Of a DNA stretch of 64,000 bases, positions 20,723-31,221 are shown one piece after another. Within the stretch, counting starts at the first letter, position 1; every line of letters begins with the position of its first letter. The stretch comes from Bacillota bacterium. Lineage in GTDB: Bacteria; Bacillota_I; Bacilli_A; RF39; UBA660. A model generated the notes under the pieces. It worked only from the letters and a program-made list of their open reading frames with translations. It was not told the origin of the DNA and made no database searches. Position numbers and translations under genes: made by a program. The stretch spans positions 28,782 to 92,781 of the forward strand of contig SVAS01000004.1 in assembly GCA_015059285.1 (NCBI GenBank), in the 5' to 3' direction.

Positions 20723-21277
20723 ATGGTACCAGTATTAATTATAATAGGTGCAATTATATTATTACTTATCTTTTATGTAATTGGTGTATATAATGGATTA
20801 GTAAATTTAAGAAATATGGTAAAAGATCAATGGGCTCAAATAGAAGTACTTTTAAAAAGAAGAGCTGATTTAATACCAAATATTGTGGAAACAGTAAAAG
20901 GTTATGCATCTCATGAAAAAGAAACTTTAGAGAATGTAATAAGTGCAAGAAATAAAGCGGTGAGTGCTAATACTTTAGAAAGTGAAATGCAAGCTAATGG
21001 AGAATTAACAAAGGCTTTAGGAAGATTGTTTGCTTTAGCAGAAGCTTATCCTGATTTAAAGGCTAATACTAATTTTATGCAATTACAAGATGAACTTAAG
21101 AATACAGAAGATAAAATTGCTTATGCAAGACAATTTTATAATGATGCTGTATTAAAATATAAAAATAAACTTGAAATGTTTCCATCAAATATAATTGCCA
21201 ATATGTTTGGATTTAAACCAGAACCATTCTTTGAAGCTAATGAAGTGGATAAAGAAGTACCACAAGTTAAATTTTAA
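20723..21277 (+). CDS. lemA: LemA family protein
   Basis: LKRRADLIPN, EAYPDLKAN, ARQFYND, FPSNIIA. Confidence 0.92.
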   Translation: MVPVLIIIGAIILLLIFYVIGVYNGLVNLRNMVKDQWAQIEVLLKRRADLIPNIVETVKGYASHEKETLENVISARNKAVSANTLESEMQANGELTKALGRLFALAEAYPDLKANTNFMQLQDELKNTEDKIAYARQFYNDAVLKYKNKLEMFPSNIIANMFGFKPEPFFEANEVDKEVPQVKF

Positions 21278-21337
21278 AAAGACAGAAATGTCTTTTTTTC
21301 TTTTTTATTTAATGATATTATAATAGTAGGTGATAAT

Positions 21338-23266
21338 ATGAAACGTTTATTTTATTTTCTTTGTATATCTTTTTTAGCGATATTACCAATAAAAGTTGGT
21401 GCGAAAGAAGGAATACCAAATTATTATATTTTCGCGACCGTTTTAAGTAATGGAGATGTAAATGTAAGAGAAATATTTAATATGAGTGGCGAATTTAATG
21501 GCATGGAACGCATTATTAATCATATTGGTTCTAGAGAAATTTTTGATGGAAGTATTGATTCTTTTAAAGGTTCAAGTATTTATAATGGTGATAGTATTGT
21601 TATAAATGAAATAAAAGGAATTCCTTATTCAAATTCTATTTCTTTAAATCAAATAAATAAAATGGGAGAAGTTTTTAAGGAAGTAGACTATGCTTCTAAA
21701 GGAGATTATGGAGTATATACTAAAACAAATACTATGAGTGGCATTAATTTATTAATATACAATCCAAATTCTTATAAAAGGGCTTTTTATATTGATTATA
21801 CAATTACCAATATGGCAATTGTTCATAAGGATGTATCAGAACTAGGTTTTAATATTTTTACTGAACTTAATGAATATGTAGAAAACTTGGAAATGTATAT
21901 TTCTATTCCAAATAATGAAAAATTACTTAAAGTTTGGGCACATGGACCTTTATGGGGGGAAAGTGAAATTATTGATAATCAAACTATTAAAGTGTCTATA
22001 CAAAAGTTAGAAGCTAATACTAATTTAGATGTGAGATTAGTTTTTGATAAAGAAGTTTTAAATGAAAGTCATAAATATTCTTTTACGGAAGCTTTAGGCA
22101 AAATAGTTACTCTTGAAACAAAGCAAGCACAAATTGCAAATCAAAAAAGACAAGAACTTATAAAAAAGCAGGAGCATAAATTAATGATAGATGAGGTGTT
22201 AAATGTATCTAAAGTGATTTGGGTATTATTATTAGGATTAATTTTTTATAAAGTTTATAAATATCATGATAAAGAATATAAAAGTGAATTCAATGGCAAA
22301 TATTTTAGAGATTTTCCAAGTGATAACCCTCCAGCATCCATAGGTTATTTGATAAATAAAAAAATAAAAGAAGATGAGTTATCCGCAAGTATTTTAATGC
22401 TTATAAATAATAAATTTTTATCTTTTGAAAAGATGAATACCAAATCAAAAGATTATGTTTTAACTTATCACAAATCAGATAATATAGGTGTAAACGATCA
22501 AAGATTATTAGAGTTTTTATTTTTAAAATCTTTTGAAGCGATAGAACCAGGTGAAAGTGTTACTTTATCCGAGTTAAAGAAAAAAGCTACTAGCAAATAT
22601 GGCAAATTTTTAGGTTTATATACATCTTGGAATTTACTTGTAACCAAAGAAGCAGAAAATAAAAATTTTTTTGAAACAAATTATAAACATAAAATTTTAC
22701 CTAGTATTTATAGTGTTTTAGGAATTATAATTAGTTTTTATAGTTTTATTTATGTAAGTAGTTTTAAATCTAGTATTTTAAGCATTTTAATGCTTGTACT
22801 TGCTATTATATCTTTAATATATTTTTTAACTTTTACTAAAAGGACTAAAGAGGCAAACCATGAATATCATAAGTGGATGGGCTTAAAAAAATTTATGGAA
22901 GACTTTGGTACTATGGATAAAAAAGATTTGCCAGACATAGTGTTATGGGAAAAATATTTAGTTTATGCCTTAGTTTTAGGATGTGCAGAAAAGTTATCTA
23001 AAGATATGAAAATTAGAGTTAAAGAGTTTGATGATTTTGCGAGTCATGAACATAATTTTGATATATATCGTTTTAATACTTTTATTAGTTTTAATCATAG
23101 TGTTAATTCAACTATTCATAGTTCAATTAAAAGAGCAAACGAAAGAAGAATAGCTAGTTCTACATCTTCATCAGGTAGTGGTTCTGGCGGTGGTTTTTCA
23201 TCTGGCTTTTCATCAGGTGGAGGCGGAGGTTCCTTCGGTGGTGGAGGCGGTGGAGGTCGTTTCTAG
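21338..23266 (+). CDS. DUF2207-family membrane protein
   Basis: WAHGP, WEKYLVYA, Ser/Gly-rich GGGGGGGRF tail; follows lemA. Confidence 0.85.
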   Translation: MKRLFYFLCISFLAILPIKVGAKEGIPNYYIFATVLSNGDVNVREIFNMSGEFNGMERIINHIGSREIFDGSIDSFKGSSIYNGDSIVINEIKGIPYSNSISLNQINKMGEVFKEVDYASKGDYGVYTKTNTMSGINLLIYNPNSYKRAFYIDYTITNMAIVHKDVSELGFNIFTELNEYVENLEMYISIPNNEKLLKVWAHGPLWGESEIIDNQTIKVSIQKLEANTNLDVRLVFDKEVLNESHKYSFTEALGKIVTLETKQAQIANQKRQELIKKQEHKLMIDEVLNVSKVIWVLLLGLIFYKVYKYHDKEYKSEFNGKYFRDFPSDNPPASIGYLINKKIKEDELSASILMLINNKFLSFEKMNTKSKDYVLTYHKSDNIGVNDQRLLEFLFLKSFEAIEPGESVTLSELKKKATSKYGKFLGLYTSWNLLVTKEAENKNFFETNYKHKILPSIYSVLGIIISFYSFIYVSSFKSSILSILMLVLAIISLIYFLTFTKRTKEANHEYHKWMGLKKFMEDFGTMDKKDLPDIVLWEKYLVYALVLGCAEKLSKDMKIRVKEFDDFASHEHNFDIYRFNTFISFNHSVNSTIHSSIKRANERRIASSTSSSGSGSGGGFSSGFSSGGGGGSFGGGGGGGRF

Positions 23267-23299
23267 TAAAAAAATGTTATGAATTTCATAACATTTTTC

Positions 23300-23614
23300 T
23301 TATACCATATAATAATTAGATTCATTATATTTTGGTGTGTTATTAGAACTTACCATATTTTCTAAACGAGATACTCTTCTTTCTAAATTACTAACTTGAT
23401 TACTTAGTGCTGAAACTTGTGAATCAATACCACCTATGTTTTGACCCATGATATTTGTATTAGGTACAGTAGGCATCATAATATTATTAGGCATTCCCAT
23501 ATTCATACCCATCATTTGATTAGGCATCATCCCTTGGTTCATAATAGGCATAGTCCCTGGATAAGTAGGGTATACAGGATAAGAATTCATATTACAATTA
23601 CGATCTTTTTTCAA
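23300..23614 (-). CDS. Hypothetical Met/Asn/Pro-rich protein with short coiled coil (possibly spore-associated)
   Basis: ORF with AAGGAG RBS; low-complexity MMPNQMMGMNMG; LERRVSRLE. Confidence 0.55.
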   Translation of the reverse strand: MKKDRNCNMNSYPVYPTYPGTMPIMNQGMMPNQMMGMNMGMPNNIMMPTVPNTNIMGQNIGGIDSQVSALSNQVSNLERRVSRLENMVSSNNTPKYNESNYYMV

Positions 23615-23702
23615 AAAAACACTCTCCTTTATTGTTCTAATTAATTATATGCTTTTGTTTATTTTTGGTGCTTACTGTGATATAATTTAAAAAGGTGATA
23701 AA

Positions 23703-24335
23703 ATGAGACTTAAAAATGTTAGAGGCGCTAAAGAAATAATTAATGCTTCACAGTATATAGTAGAAGATCCTTTTGTTTATTTAGGTAAATATCAACAATT
23801 ATTTAATAACAATAATCCTATAGAAATAGAAATAGGTATGGGTAAGGGAGATTTTATAATAGGTAAAGCTTTAAAAAATCCTAATATTAATTATATTGGT
23901 ATAGAAAAGTTTGATAGTGTTATTGTGAGAGCTATTCAAAAATTAGAAAGCCTAGATTTAAAAAATTTAAAATTAATTAGAATGGATGCTTTAGATATTG
24001 ATAAAGTTTTTAATAAAGAAATAGATACCCTTTATCTTAACTTTTCTGATCCTTGGCCTAAAAATAGACATGAAATGCGTAGATTAACAAGTAAAATATT
24101 TTTAAAAAAATATGAAAATTTATTTAAAGATAAACCTTGTATTATTCAGAAAACTGATAATAGAAAACTGTTTGAATTTTCTATTATCAGTTATGTAGAA
24201 AATGGATATAAAATAGATGAAATATCTTTAGATTTATATAAAGATGATACTAAAGATAATATAGCTACTGAATATGAAAAAAGATTTGTTTCTTTAGGAC
24301 AAACCATTTTTATGGTAAAAGTGAGTAGACACTAG
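23703..24335 (+). CDS. trmB: tRNA (guanine-N7)-methyltransferase
   Basis: EIGMGKG, NFSDPWPK, KTDN, TEYE. Confidence 0.95.
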   Translation: MRLKNVRGAKEIINASQYIVEDPFVYLGKYQQLFNNNNPIEIEIGMGKGDFIIGKALKNPNINYIGIEKFDSVIVRAIQKLESLDLKNLKLIRMDALDIDKVFNKEIDTLYLNFSDPWPKNRHEMRRLTSKIFLKKYENLFKDKPCIIQKTDNRKLFEFSIISYVENGYKIDEISLDLYKDDTKDNIATEYEKRFVSLGQTIFMVKVSRH

Positions 24336-24407
24336 CTTTACGTATAAAATTATAAAAAATTATTCAAAAAACTTAAAGTTTGGTATAATATGGTTAGAAG
24401 GTGTTAT

Positions 24408-25016
24408 ATGAAGAAAATAGTTATAACTTTAATGCTTGTTTTCTTAGTAACTGGATGTACTGTTGTTAGGATAGATACCGATAGTATAGATAATACCATC
24501 AATGTTATATTATCAAAGAATAATGATTTATATAATACTGTTGGTAAAGGTTATAAATATTATAAACCTCGTGGAGTTACTTATATTGATACTAATGAAT
24601 ATAATGAAAAGTTATATTCAAATGGAAATTATTATTATTTATATGTAGATATTAATAGCTATTATTATAAAAAAGAATTTACTTATGAAGAAAATAATAA
24701 TGCATATTATTCTAGGAAGATAGATATTAATAATAAATTAGGGTATTTAGAGATAAATAAGTATAAAGACAAATATTTAATTGAATTTATGTATAATTAT
24801 GCGAAAATTGAAGCATTAGTAGATGAGAAAGATATAAATGATGTTGTTTTGAATTCTTCTTATATATTATCTACAATTAAGTTTAATAGTAAAGTTATTA
24901 AAATAATGCTTAATGATAATTATTTTATTAACAAAGAAGAAAGATATGATGTATTTACACCTAAAGAAGAGACAATGGAATTATATGATTATGATGAAAG
25001 TAATGAAGGTGATTAG
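24408..25016 (+). CDS. Putative lipoprotein
   Basis: MKKIV...LVTGC lipobox. Confidence 0.7.
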   Translation: MKKIVITLMLVFLVTGCTVVRIDTDSIDNTINVILSKNNDLYNTVGKGYKYYKPRGVTYIDTNEYNEKLYSNGNYYYLYVDINSYYYKKEFTYEENNNAYYSRKIDINNKLGYLEINKYKDKYLIEFMYNYAKIEALVDEKDINDVVLNSSYILSTIKFNSKVIKIMLNDNYFINKEERYDVFTPKEETMELYDYDESNEGD

Positions 25017-25790
25017 ATGGGATTTTTAGATAAAGTAAAAAATATGTTTATTGAAGAGATTGAAGAAGATGAACCAATTAAAAAAGAAGTTATTCAAGTA
25101 GAAATACCTTCACCAAAAGTAGAAGAACCTATTAAGGAAGAAGAGCCCGCTTTAAAAAGAGAAGAAAAATTTGTTTTTCCTGTTTATTTTGATGATAAAG
25201 ATTTTGAAAAAATAGAACAAGAAGAACGTAAACCAGAAATTAAACCGGTAGAAAAACCTATAAAAAGAGAAGCTTATGGGATTAAAAAAGAGGAAAAGGT
25301 TGAAAAGAAAGTGTTTAAACCAACTCCTATTATTTCTCCTGTTTATGGTGTTTTGGATAAAAACTATAAAAAAGATGAAATAACTCATAAGAAGAAAACT
25401 TCTACAATAAGTTATAGAACGAATGAAGCTGTTGATATTGATGATGTTCGTAAAAAAGCATATGGTACTTTAGAAGATGAATTAGAAAATAATTTATTTG
25501 AAAAAACTTCTATTTTATTTAATAACGAAGTTGATAATCAAGAAGTAGATAGCAATAACTTAATTGATGTATTTGAAGAACCAAGACATGAACAAAAAGA
25601 AGGAGCTTTAGAAGTAGTAAACGATGAAGTTGAATTAGATGATTTTGAAGAAACTGATAATTTAATAGAAGATGAATTAAATAGAAATTATGATGAAGAA
25701 GAAGTTACTAATAGTTATGTTGAAGAGTTAAATGATAGTGATTTATTTAATTTGATTGATTCTATGTATGAAAAGAAGGATGATGAATAA
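25017..25790 (+). CDS. Acidic hypothetical protein
   Basis: Operon-coupled ORF; FKPTPIISPVYG motif. Confidence 0.6.
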   Translation: MGFLDKVKNMFIEEIEEDEPIKKEVIQVEIPSPKVEEPIKEEEPALKREEKFVFPVYFDDKDFEKIEQEERKPEIKPVEKPIKREAYGIKKEEKVEKKVFKPTPIISPVYGVLDKNYKKDEITHKKKTSTISYRTNEAVDIDDVRKKAYGTLEDELENNLFEKTSILFNNEVDNQEVDSNNLIDVFEEPRHEQKEGALEVVNDEVELDDFEETDNLIEDELNRNYDEEEVTNSYVEELNDSDLFNLIDSMYEKKDDE

Positions 25791-26083
25791 TGATATATTT
25801 AAATGATTTATTTCCTGTAATATTATATATTTTATTGATTATACTAGTAGTAGTACTTATTATATTTTTTATTAAAATGATTTCTACATTAAAAAAAGTA
25901 GATCAAGTTGTGGAAGATGTTAATCAAAAAGTAAATAAATTAAACGGACTTTTTAATATGGTTGATATGGCTGCTGATACTTTATCTATTATGAGTGATC
26001 GCATTGTTTCAATCATTTCAAATGGTGTTAGTAAACTATTTACTAAAAAAAGCAAAAAAAGAGAGGAAGATGAAGATGAGTAA
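25790..26083 (+). CDS. DUF948/YtxG-like membrane protein
   Basis: N-terminal TM plus coiled coil, upstream of YtxH-like gene. Confidence 0.6.
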   Translation: MIYLNDLFPVILYILLIILVVVLIIFFIKMISTLKKVDQVVEDVNQKVNKLNGLFNMVDMAADTLSIMSDRIVSIISNGVSKLFTKKSKKREEDEDE

Positions 26084-26489
26084 GAAAAAAGGTGGCTTAG
26101 GTAAGTTTTTGTTAGGCGCTGGAATTGGTGCTGGATTAGGTATTTTATTTGCACCTAGAGCAGGTAGTGAAACAAGAAAAGAATTAAAAGTAAAATTAGA
26201 TGATATGTTAAAAAAAGTAAAAGAAATAGATGTAGATGAAGTAAAAGAAGAGTTTGAAGCTAAATTATATGAAATTAAAAATGAATTAGCAGAACTAGAT
26301 AAAGAAAAAGTTTTAAAAATTGCTAAGAAAAAAGCTAAAGAAATAAAAGAAAAAACAGAAAAGCTAGTTGAATATGCTATAGAAAAAGGAACACCTATTT
26401 TAGAAGATGCTGCTGATGCTATTCGTGAAAAAGCAGTAGAAGTTACAAAAGAAGTTTTAAATAAATTAGAAAAAACAGAAGAAAAATAA
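26076..26489 (+). CDS. YtxH domain protein
   Basis: FLLGAGIGAGLGILFAPRAGSETRK. Confidence 0.85.
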   Translation: MSKKKGGLGKFLLGAGIGAGLGILFAPRAGSETRKELKVKLDDMLKKVKEIDVDEVKEEFEAKLYEIKNELAELDKEKVLKIAKKKAKEIKEKTEKLVEYAIEKGTPILEDAADAIREKAVEVTKEVLNKLEKTEEK

Positions 26490-26567
26490 AAAATACTTTT
26501 TAGTATTTTTTTTGTGTTTGATAATTTATAACATTTATAGTATAATTATAGTGACTGAGGTGGAGAT

Positions 26568-27023
26568 ATGGATTTTATGAAAAGACATAAAATTAAATTA
26601 GTCTTATTAGGAGTATTTATATTAGTTTTTATTGCTTCGTTAATTGCCCTTGTTAGCATGTTATATCCAGATTCTAAAAAAGATGTATATGGAAATCGTT
26701 TAGAAGGTATTAAGGATGTAAAAATATCTAATCAAGTTATAACAGAAATAAAGGATAAAATTTTATCTTCTGATTTTGTTGATGATACTGATTATGTATT
26801 AAAGGGTAAATTAATAACTTTTAAAATAGAAGTGAAAGCTGATACCAAAGTAACTAGTGCTAAAAAATTAGTTAGTAATATAACAGAATGTCTAAGTGAA
26901 AAAATACAAGCTTTTTATGATATTCAAGTTATAATTATTGAAGATAAAGAAGAAAGTACAAATTATCCTGTGTTTGCATATAAACATAAAACAAGCAAAA
27001 ATTTTGTTTGGACAAATAATTAG
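26568..27023 (+). CDS. Hypothetical membrane-anchored protein
   Basis: N-terminal TM; YGNRLEGI. Confidence 0.6.
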   Translation: MDFMKRHKIKLVLLGVFILVFIASLIALVSMLYPDSKKDVYGNRLEGIKDVKISNQVITEIKDKILSSDFVDDTDYVLKGKLITFKIEVKADTKVTSAKKLVSNITECLSEKIQAFYDIQVIIIEDKEESTNYPVFAYKHKTSKNFVWTNN

Positions 27024-27041
27024 TAAGGTGGTACAAAAAAT

Positions 27042-29075
27042 ATGAAAAATAAAAAATGGTTAATAACGATTATTGTTGCCATAGTAGTAGTTTTATCGGG
27101 AATATTAGTTTTAGTTTTAAAAAATCAAGATAATGAAACAACTTTAACAATTTTAGAAAAAAGATGGATTGAAAATAATAAAAATACTGTTATAGATTTT
27201 GGCATTTTAAATGATGTTTCTATTCTAAATTATGAAGGTGAAGGAGTTTTCTTTGATTTTTTACAATCTTTAGAACAAACTACTGAGTTAGAATTTAATA
27301 AAGTTTCTTATAGTTATGGTGATGAAATAGAAAACGATTATGCCTTTAAAGTAACTAAAGAAATTGGTAAAAAAGATATATTAGTATATAGTGATAATTA
27401 TGTAGTTTTAAGTAAAAATAATTTAAAATATAATAAATTATCTGATATTAATAATCTAACTTTAGGGGTTTTAGAAACTAATATTGAAGAAGTAAATAAT
27501 TACATTAATAATAGTGAATTATTATTTAAATCTTTTGAAACAATTGATAGTTTAATTGAAGAAATAGATAAAGAAGAATCTAGTATAGATGCTATTGTTT
27601 TACCTAAGTTAGTTTTCTTAAATAAAGAGTTAGAAAATAAACTATATATAAATTATAATATTATTGAAATGCAAGATAATTATGTTATATCTTTAGGTTC
27701 AATAGATAAATTAAATGACATTATAACTAAATATTATAATAAATGGAAAAAAGAAGAGTATGACACTTCATATTCAAAATATTTTACTAGTACTTACTTT
27801 GCTACAAATGAAGTGGATGAACAATCTAAAGCTAAGTTTAGAAGTAAAAGATATGTTTATGGATTTGTTAGTAATCCACCATTTGATAAACCAATTGACA
27901 ATAAGTTATTAGGTACAAATAGTAGTATTATTTCGTCATTTTCACAACTTTCTAATGTAGAAATTATATATAAAGAATATAGTTCATTTAGTAAAATGTT
28001 AGAAGATTTTAATGCTAATAAAATAGATTTTTATTTTGATATGTATCAACCTAGCGAATATAAAATGGATGTATATAAAACAGTATCTGCTTATGATGAA
28101 CAAATAGTAGTTATTACGGGTATTAGTAATAATAATATTATTAATTCTACAAGTTCATTAAAAGGAAAAAAAGTATCTACTCTAAATTATACAAAAACAT
28201 TTGAATTTTTAAAGAAAATCGGCGCTAATGTTCAAGGATTTAATACAATTGATGAGCTTATTAAAGGTAGTCGCGAAGAAACTTTAATTGCTATAGATCA
28301 ACTTACATATAATTATTATTCTAAAGATGAATTAAAAAATCATAAAGTAGATTATCAATTTTCGTTAGATACAGAATATAATTATGTAATTAGAGATATT
28401 AAAGAAAATGAAATACTTATGAATTTTTTGGATTTTTATTTAGCTTTTACTAATGAAAAAACTTTAATTAATACTGGTTATTATAATACAGTTAGAAGAA
28501 ATGTAAATTTAGATTTACTTAAAAATACTTTAATTTTAATTGGTACAATAACTATAATTGGTATTGGTTATGCATTTATTAAAAAGAATAAAGATAAAAA
28601 ATCTAATACAATGAAAAAAGAAGATAAATTACGTTATGTAGATATGCTTACATCTTTAAAAAATCGAAATTATTTAAATGATAATATTGAAATATGGGAT
28701 GAAAGTGAAATTTATCCACAAACTATTATTATAGTAGATTTAAATAATATTGCTTATATTAATGATAATTATGGACATCAAGAAGGAGATAATATCATTA
28801 AAGAAGCAGCTAATATACTTATTACAGATCAAATGGAAAACAGTGATATTATTAGAACAAATGGTAATGAATTCTTAATTTACTTAGTAGAATATGATGA
28901 AAAGCAAATTGTTTCATATATTCGTAAATTAAATAAAGATTTTAAAGAATTATCTTATGGCTTTGGTGCTGCTATTGGTTATAGTATGATTACAGATGCT
29001 ATTAAAACTATAGATGATGCTATTAATGAAGCAACACTTGATATGAGAAATAATAAAGAGGAACTAAATAATTAA
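27042..29075 (+). CDS. Membrane sensor with extracellular solute-binding-like region and degenerate GGDEF domain
   Basis: Two TMs; DMLTSLKNR, DLNNIAYINDNYGHQEGD, RTNGNEF. Confidence 0.8.
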   Translation: MKNKKWLITIIVAIVVVLSGILVLVLKNQDNETTLTILEKRWIENNKNTVIDFGILNDVSILNYEGEGVFFDFLQSLEQTTELEFNKVSYSYGDEIENDYAFKVTKEIGKKDILVYSDNYVVLSKNNLKYNKLSDINNLTLGVLETNIEEVNNYINNSELLFKSFETIDSLIEEIDKEESSIDAIVLPKLVFLNKELENKLYINYNIIEMQDNYVISLGSIDKLNDIITKYYNKWKKEEYDTSYSKYFTSTYFATNEVDEQSKAKFRSKRYVYGFVSNPPFDKPIDNKLLGTNSSIISSFSQLSNVEIIYKEYSSFSKMLEDFNANKIDFYFDMYQPSEYKMDVYKTVSAYDEQIVVITGISNNNIINSTSSLKGKKVSTLNYTKTFEFLKKIGANVQGFNTIDELIKGSREETLIAIDQLTYNYYSKDELKNHKVDYQFSLDTEYNYVIRDIKENEILMNFLDFYLAFTNEKTLINTGYYNTVRRNVNLDLLKNTLILIGTITIIGIGYAFIKKNKDKKSNTMKKEDKLRYVDMLTSLKNRNYLNDNIEIWDESEIYPQTIIIVDLNNIAYINDNYGHQEGDNIIKEAANILITDQMENSDIIRTNGNEFLIYLVEYDEKQIVSYIRKLNKDFKELSYGFGAAIGYSMITDAIKTIDDAINEATLDMRNNKEELNN

Positions 29076-29106
29076 GCAAGTTTAACTTGCTTTTTTAGGA
29101 GGTAAT

Positions 29107-29934
29107 ATGAAAAGATTAAAAAGATATATAAAAAGACTTATTAATATACTAAAAAGACCAGAAGTTAGAATTCTTCCAGGACAGATTGCTTACTTTGTTG
29201 TATTATCCGCAGTTCCTTTAATTGCTTTAATTGGATGTTTATGTTCTTTATTTTCTGTTTCATTAAATGGTGTTTTAAATATTTTTGTTGAAAATATTCC
29301 AGAAGCTGTAATAAATATATTAAAACCAGCATTTACAAATCCTGGATTTACAGCTGGATTTTCTATTATTGTTGGTTTTATAGTAGCATCAAATGGAACT
29401 CATTCAATTATAGTAGCTACTAATTTATTATTTAAAATTGAAACAAAAGATTATATTAAAAGAAGAATAAAAGCCTTTTTTATGTTAATAGTATTAGTAC
29501 TACTTTTCTTTTTTATAGTTGTAGTACTCGGGTTTGGTAATGTTATTTTAAAAATGATATTATCATTAAAAGTATTAGCAAATGTTTCTGAATATATATA
29601 TACTATATTTATACTATTAAAATGGCCTATAGCTATAGTTTTAATTTTCTTTATGGTAACGTTACTTTATACAATGGCACTTGATAAACGTATTCCAAGT
29701 AGATATATGAATAAAGGTGCTGTTTTTACAACTTGTTGTTGGTTATTAGTTACAGCAGTATATTCTTATTATGCTAGTAATTTTGCAAATTATAGCTTAT
29801 TTTATGGTAATTTAGCAAACTTAGTAGTTCTTATGATTTGGGTTTATATCCTAGCTTATATTTTTGTAATTGGTATAGCTATTAATAGTGATAATTATAA
29901 TGTGGAAAAAAATGTTATTAATAAAAAGGATTAA
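29107..29934 (+). CDS. YihY/BrkB family membrane protein
   Basis: AYFVVLSAVP, YSLFYGNLA..VVLMIWVY. Confidence 0.85.
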   Translation: MKRLKRYIKRLINILKRPEVRILPGQIAYFVVLSAVPLIALIGCLCSLFSVSLNGVLNIFVENIPEAVINILKPAFTNPGFTAGFSIIVGFIVASNGTHSIIVATNLLFKIETKDYIKRRIKAFFMLIVLVLLFFFIVVVLGFGNVILKMILSLKVLANVSEYIYTIFILLKWPIAIVLIFFMVTLLYTMALDKRIPSRYMNKGAVFTTCCWLLVTAVYSYYASNFANYSLFYGNLANLVVLMIWVYILAYIFVIGIAINSDNYNVEKNVINKKD

Positions 29935-30065
29935 ATAAGTAAATATTATTAGTGAATACATATCAATTACCAGTATGTATTTATTTACAGACTACACTAG
30001 TACCGATGTAGTTTTACTGTGAACTAATAAGTATTAATTCTTATATGGTAATATATCTCCTTTTT
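29923..30065. other. Candidate structured non-coding RNA (nested inverted repeats)
   Basis: AAAAAGGA/TCCTTTTT, TTATTAGT/ACTAATAA, AATACATA/TATGTATT, ACTACA/TGTAGT. Confidence 0.35.
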
Positions 30066-30088
30066 AATAACAGCTATTAATAAATAGT

Positions 30089-30112
30089 AAAACGGTTTAT
30101 AGCCGTTTTTTT
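30089..30112 (+). terminator. Intrinsic terminator
   Basis: AAAACGGTT-TAT-AGCCGTTTT plus T run. Confidence 0.65.
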
Positions 30113-30189
30113 GTTTAAATTTATGTTATAGTCCTGTTCTGAAAGCTAAAAAAATATATAATAAAGCTTGTTAGAATAGGAGTGAGTTT

Positions 30190-31188
30190 ATGAAGAAAAA
30201 AGGGTTTACGTTAATTGAGTTACTAGCCGTAATAGTAATACTAGCAATAATAGCACTAATCGCAGTACCAGTTATTATAAATATTATAAGTAGTGCAAGA
30301 GAAAGTGCGTTTGAGGATACTGCATATGGACTAATAAGTGCTGGGGAAATGTATTATGCACAAGAATTATTAGAAAATGGAATGACAAGTGATGTAGAAT
30401 TCACAATTGAAGATGGAAAGTTTGTAGGAGAAAACAAATTGGAAGTTAAAGGCGCGTTACCAACAAATGGTAAAATCAAAGTTACCCGTGATGGAAAAGT
30501 AGCACTAGCGATATCAAATGGAACAATGTGTATAACAAAGGGATACAATGATGGTAAAATTGATCTAGAAGAAGATGTGGATAATTGTGTATTACCAACA
30601 GGAGAACCACAACTAGGCACTTTAGTATATTTAGTAAAAACAAATGATTTTGCCACCACAATTAATGCATGTGCAACAAATGGTAATGAATGTGCACCAG
30701 GAACACCATTTGCGATAGAAGTAGCCCCAGGAGAAGTTAAAAACTTCTATGTAGTAAGTGATGTCGATAATAAAGTCACATTGATTATGGATAGAAACAT
30801 TGGTAATGCAGTAGAGTGGAATACATCAGGAAATAATGCAGACGGTCCAATCACAGTGTTAAATTATTTAGAAAGTCAAACAAGTAATTGGACAAATATA
30901 GCAGCGAAGGACTATACATTAACAGATAGTGTATATGGAACAATCACAAGAGCCAATGCGCGTGCAAGAATGTTAACAGAAACAGAAGCAAATGCAATAA
31001 TTGGCTATGATTGGTCATATGAGAATTTAGATGAAGATGTAGGCCCTTGGGGTTACTGGCTAAGCTCTGCCCATACGAAACTTGCTAGCGATGCTTTGAG
31101 TGTGGGTGTTTACGGTGACATTGACTGCGGTGGCATCGACGCTGGCAACTTTGGTGTGCGTCCAGTAATAGAGATTTCAAAAAAATAA
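30190..31188 (+). CDS. Type IV pilin-like protein with CLec-like C-terminus (pilin 2)
   Basis: KKG/FTLIELLAVIVIL; YWLSSA...FGVRPVIEISKK; NNC/NNT-rich 3' end. Confidence 0.88.
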   Translation: MKKKGFTLIELLAVIVILAIIALIAVPVIINIISSARESAFEDTAYGLISAGEMYYAQELLENGMTSDVEFTIEDGKFVGENKLEVKGALPTNGKIKVTRDGKVALAISNGTMCITKGYNDGKIDLEEDVDNCVLPTGEPQLGTLVYLVKTNDFATTINACATNGNECAPGTPFAIEVAPGEVKNFYVVSDVDNKVTLIMDRNIGNAVEWNTSGNNADGPITVLNYLESQTSNWTNIAAKDYTLTDSVYGTITRANARARMLTETEANAIIGYDWSYENLDEDVGPWGYWLSSAHTKLASDALSVGVYGDIDCGGIDAGNFGVRPVIEISKK

Positions 31189-31221
31189 AACAAAAAACTA
31201 ATAACTTAATTATCAAAGTTA

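Noticed and set aside
23150-23266. GC-rich GGT/GGC/TCA low-complexity stretch
   Set aside because: Encodes the normal Ser/Gly tail of DUF2207 proteins; not a VR or a repeat array.
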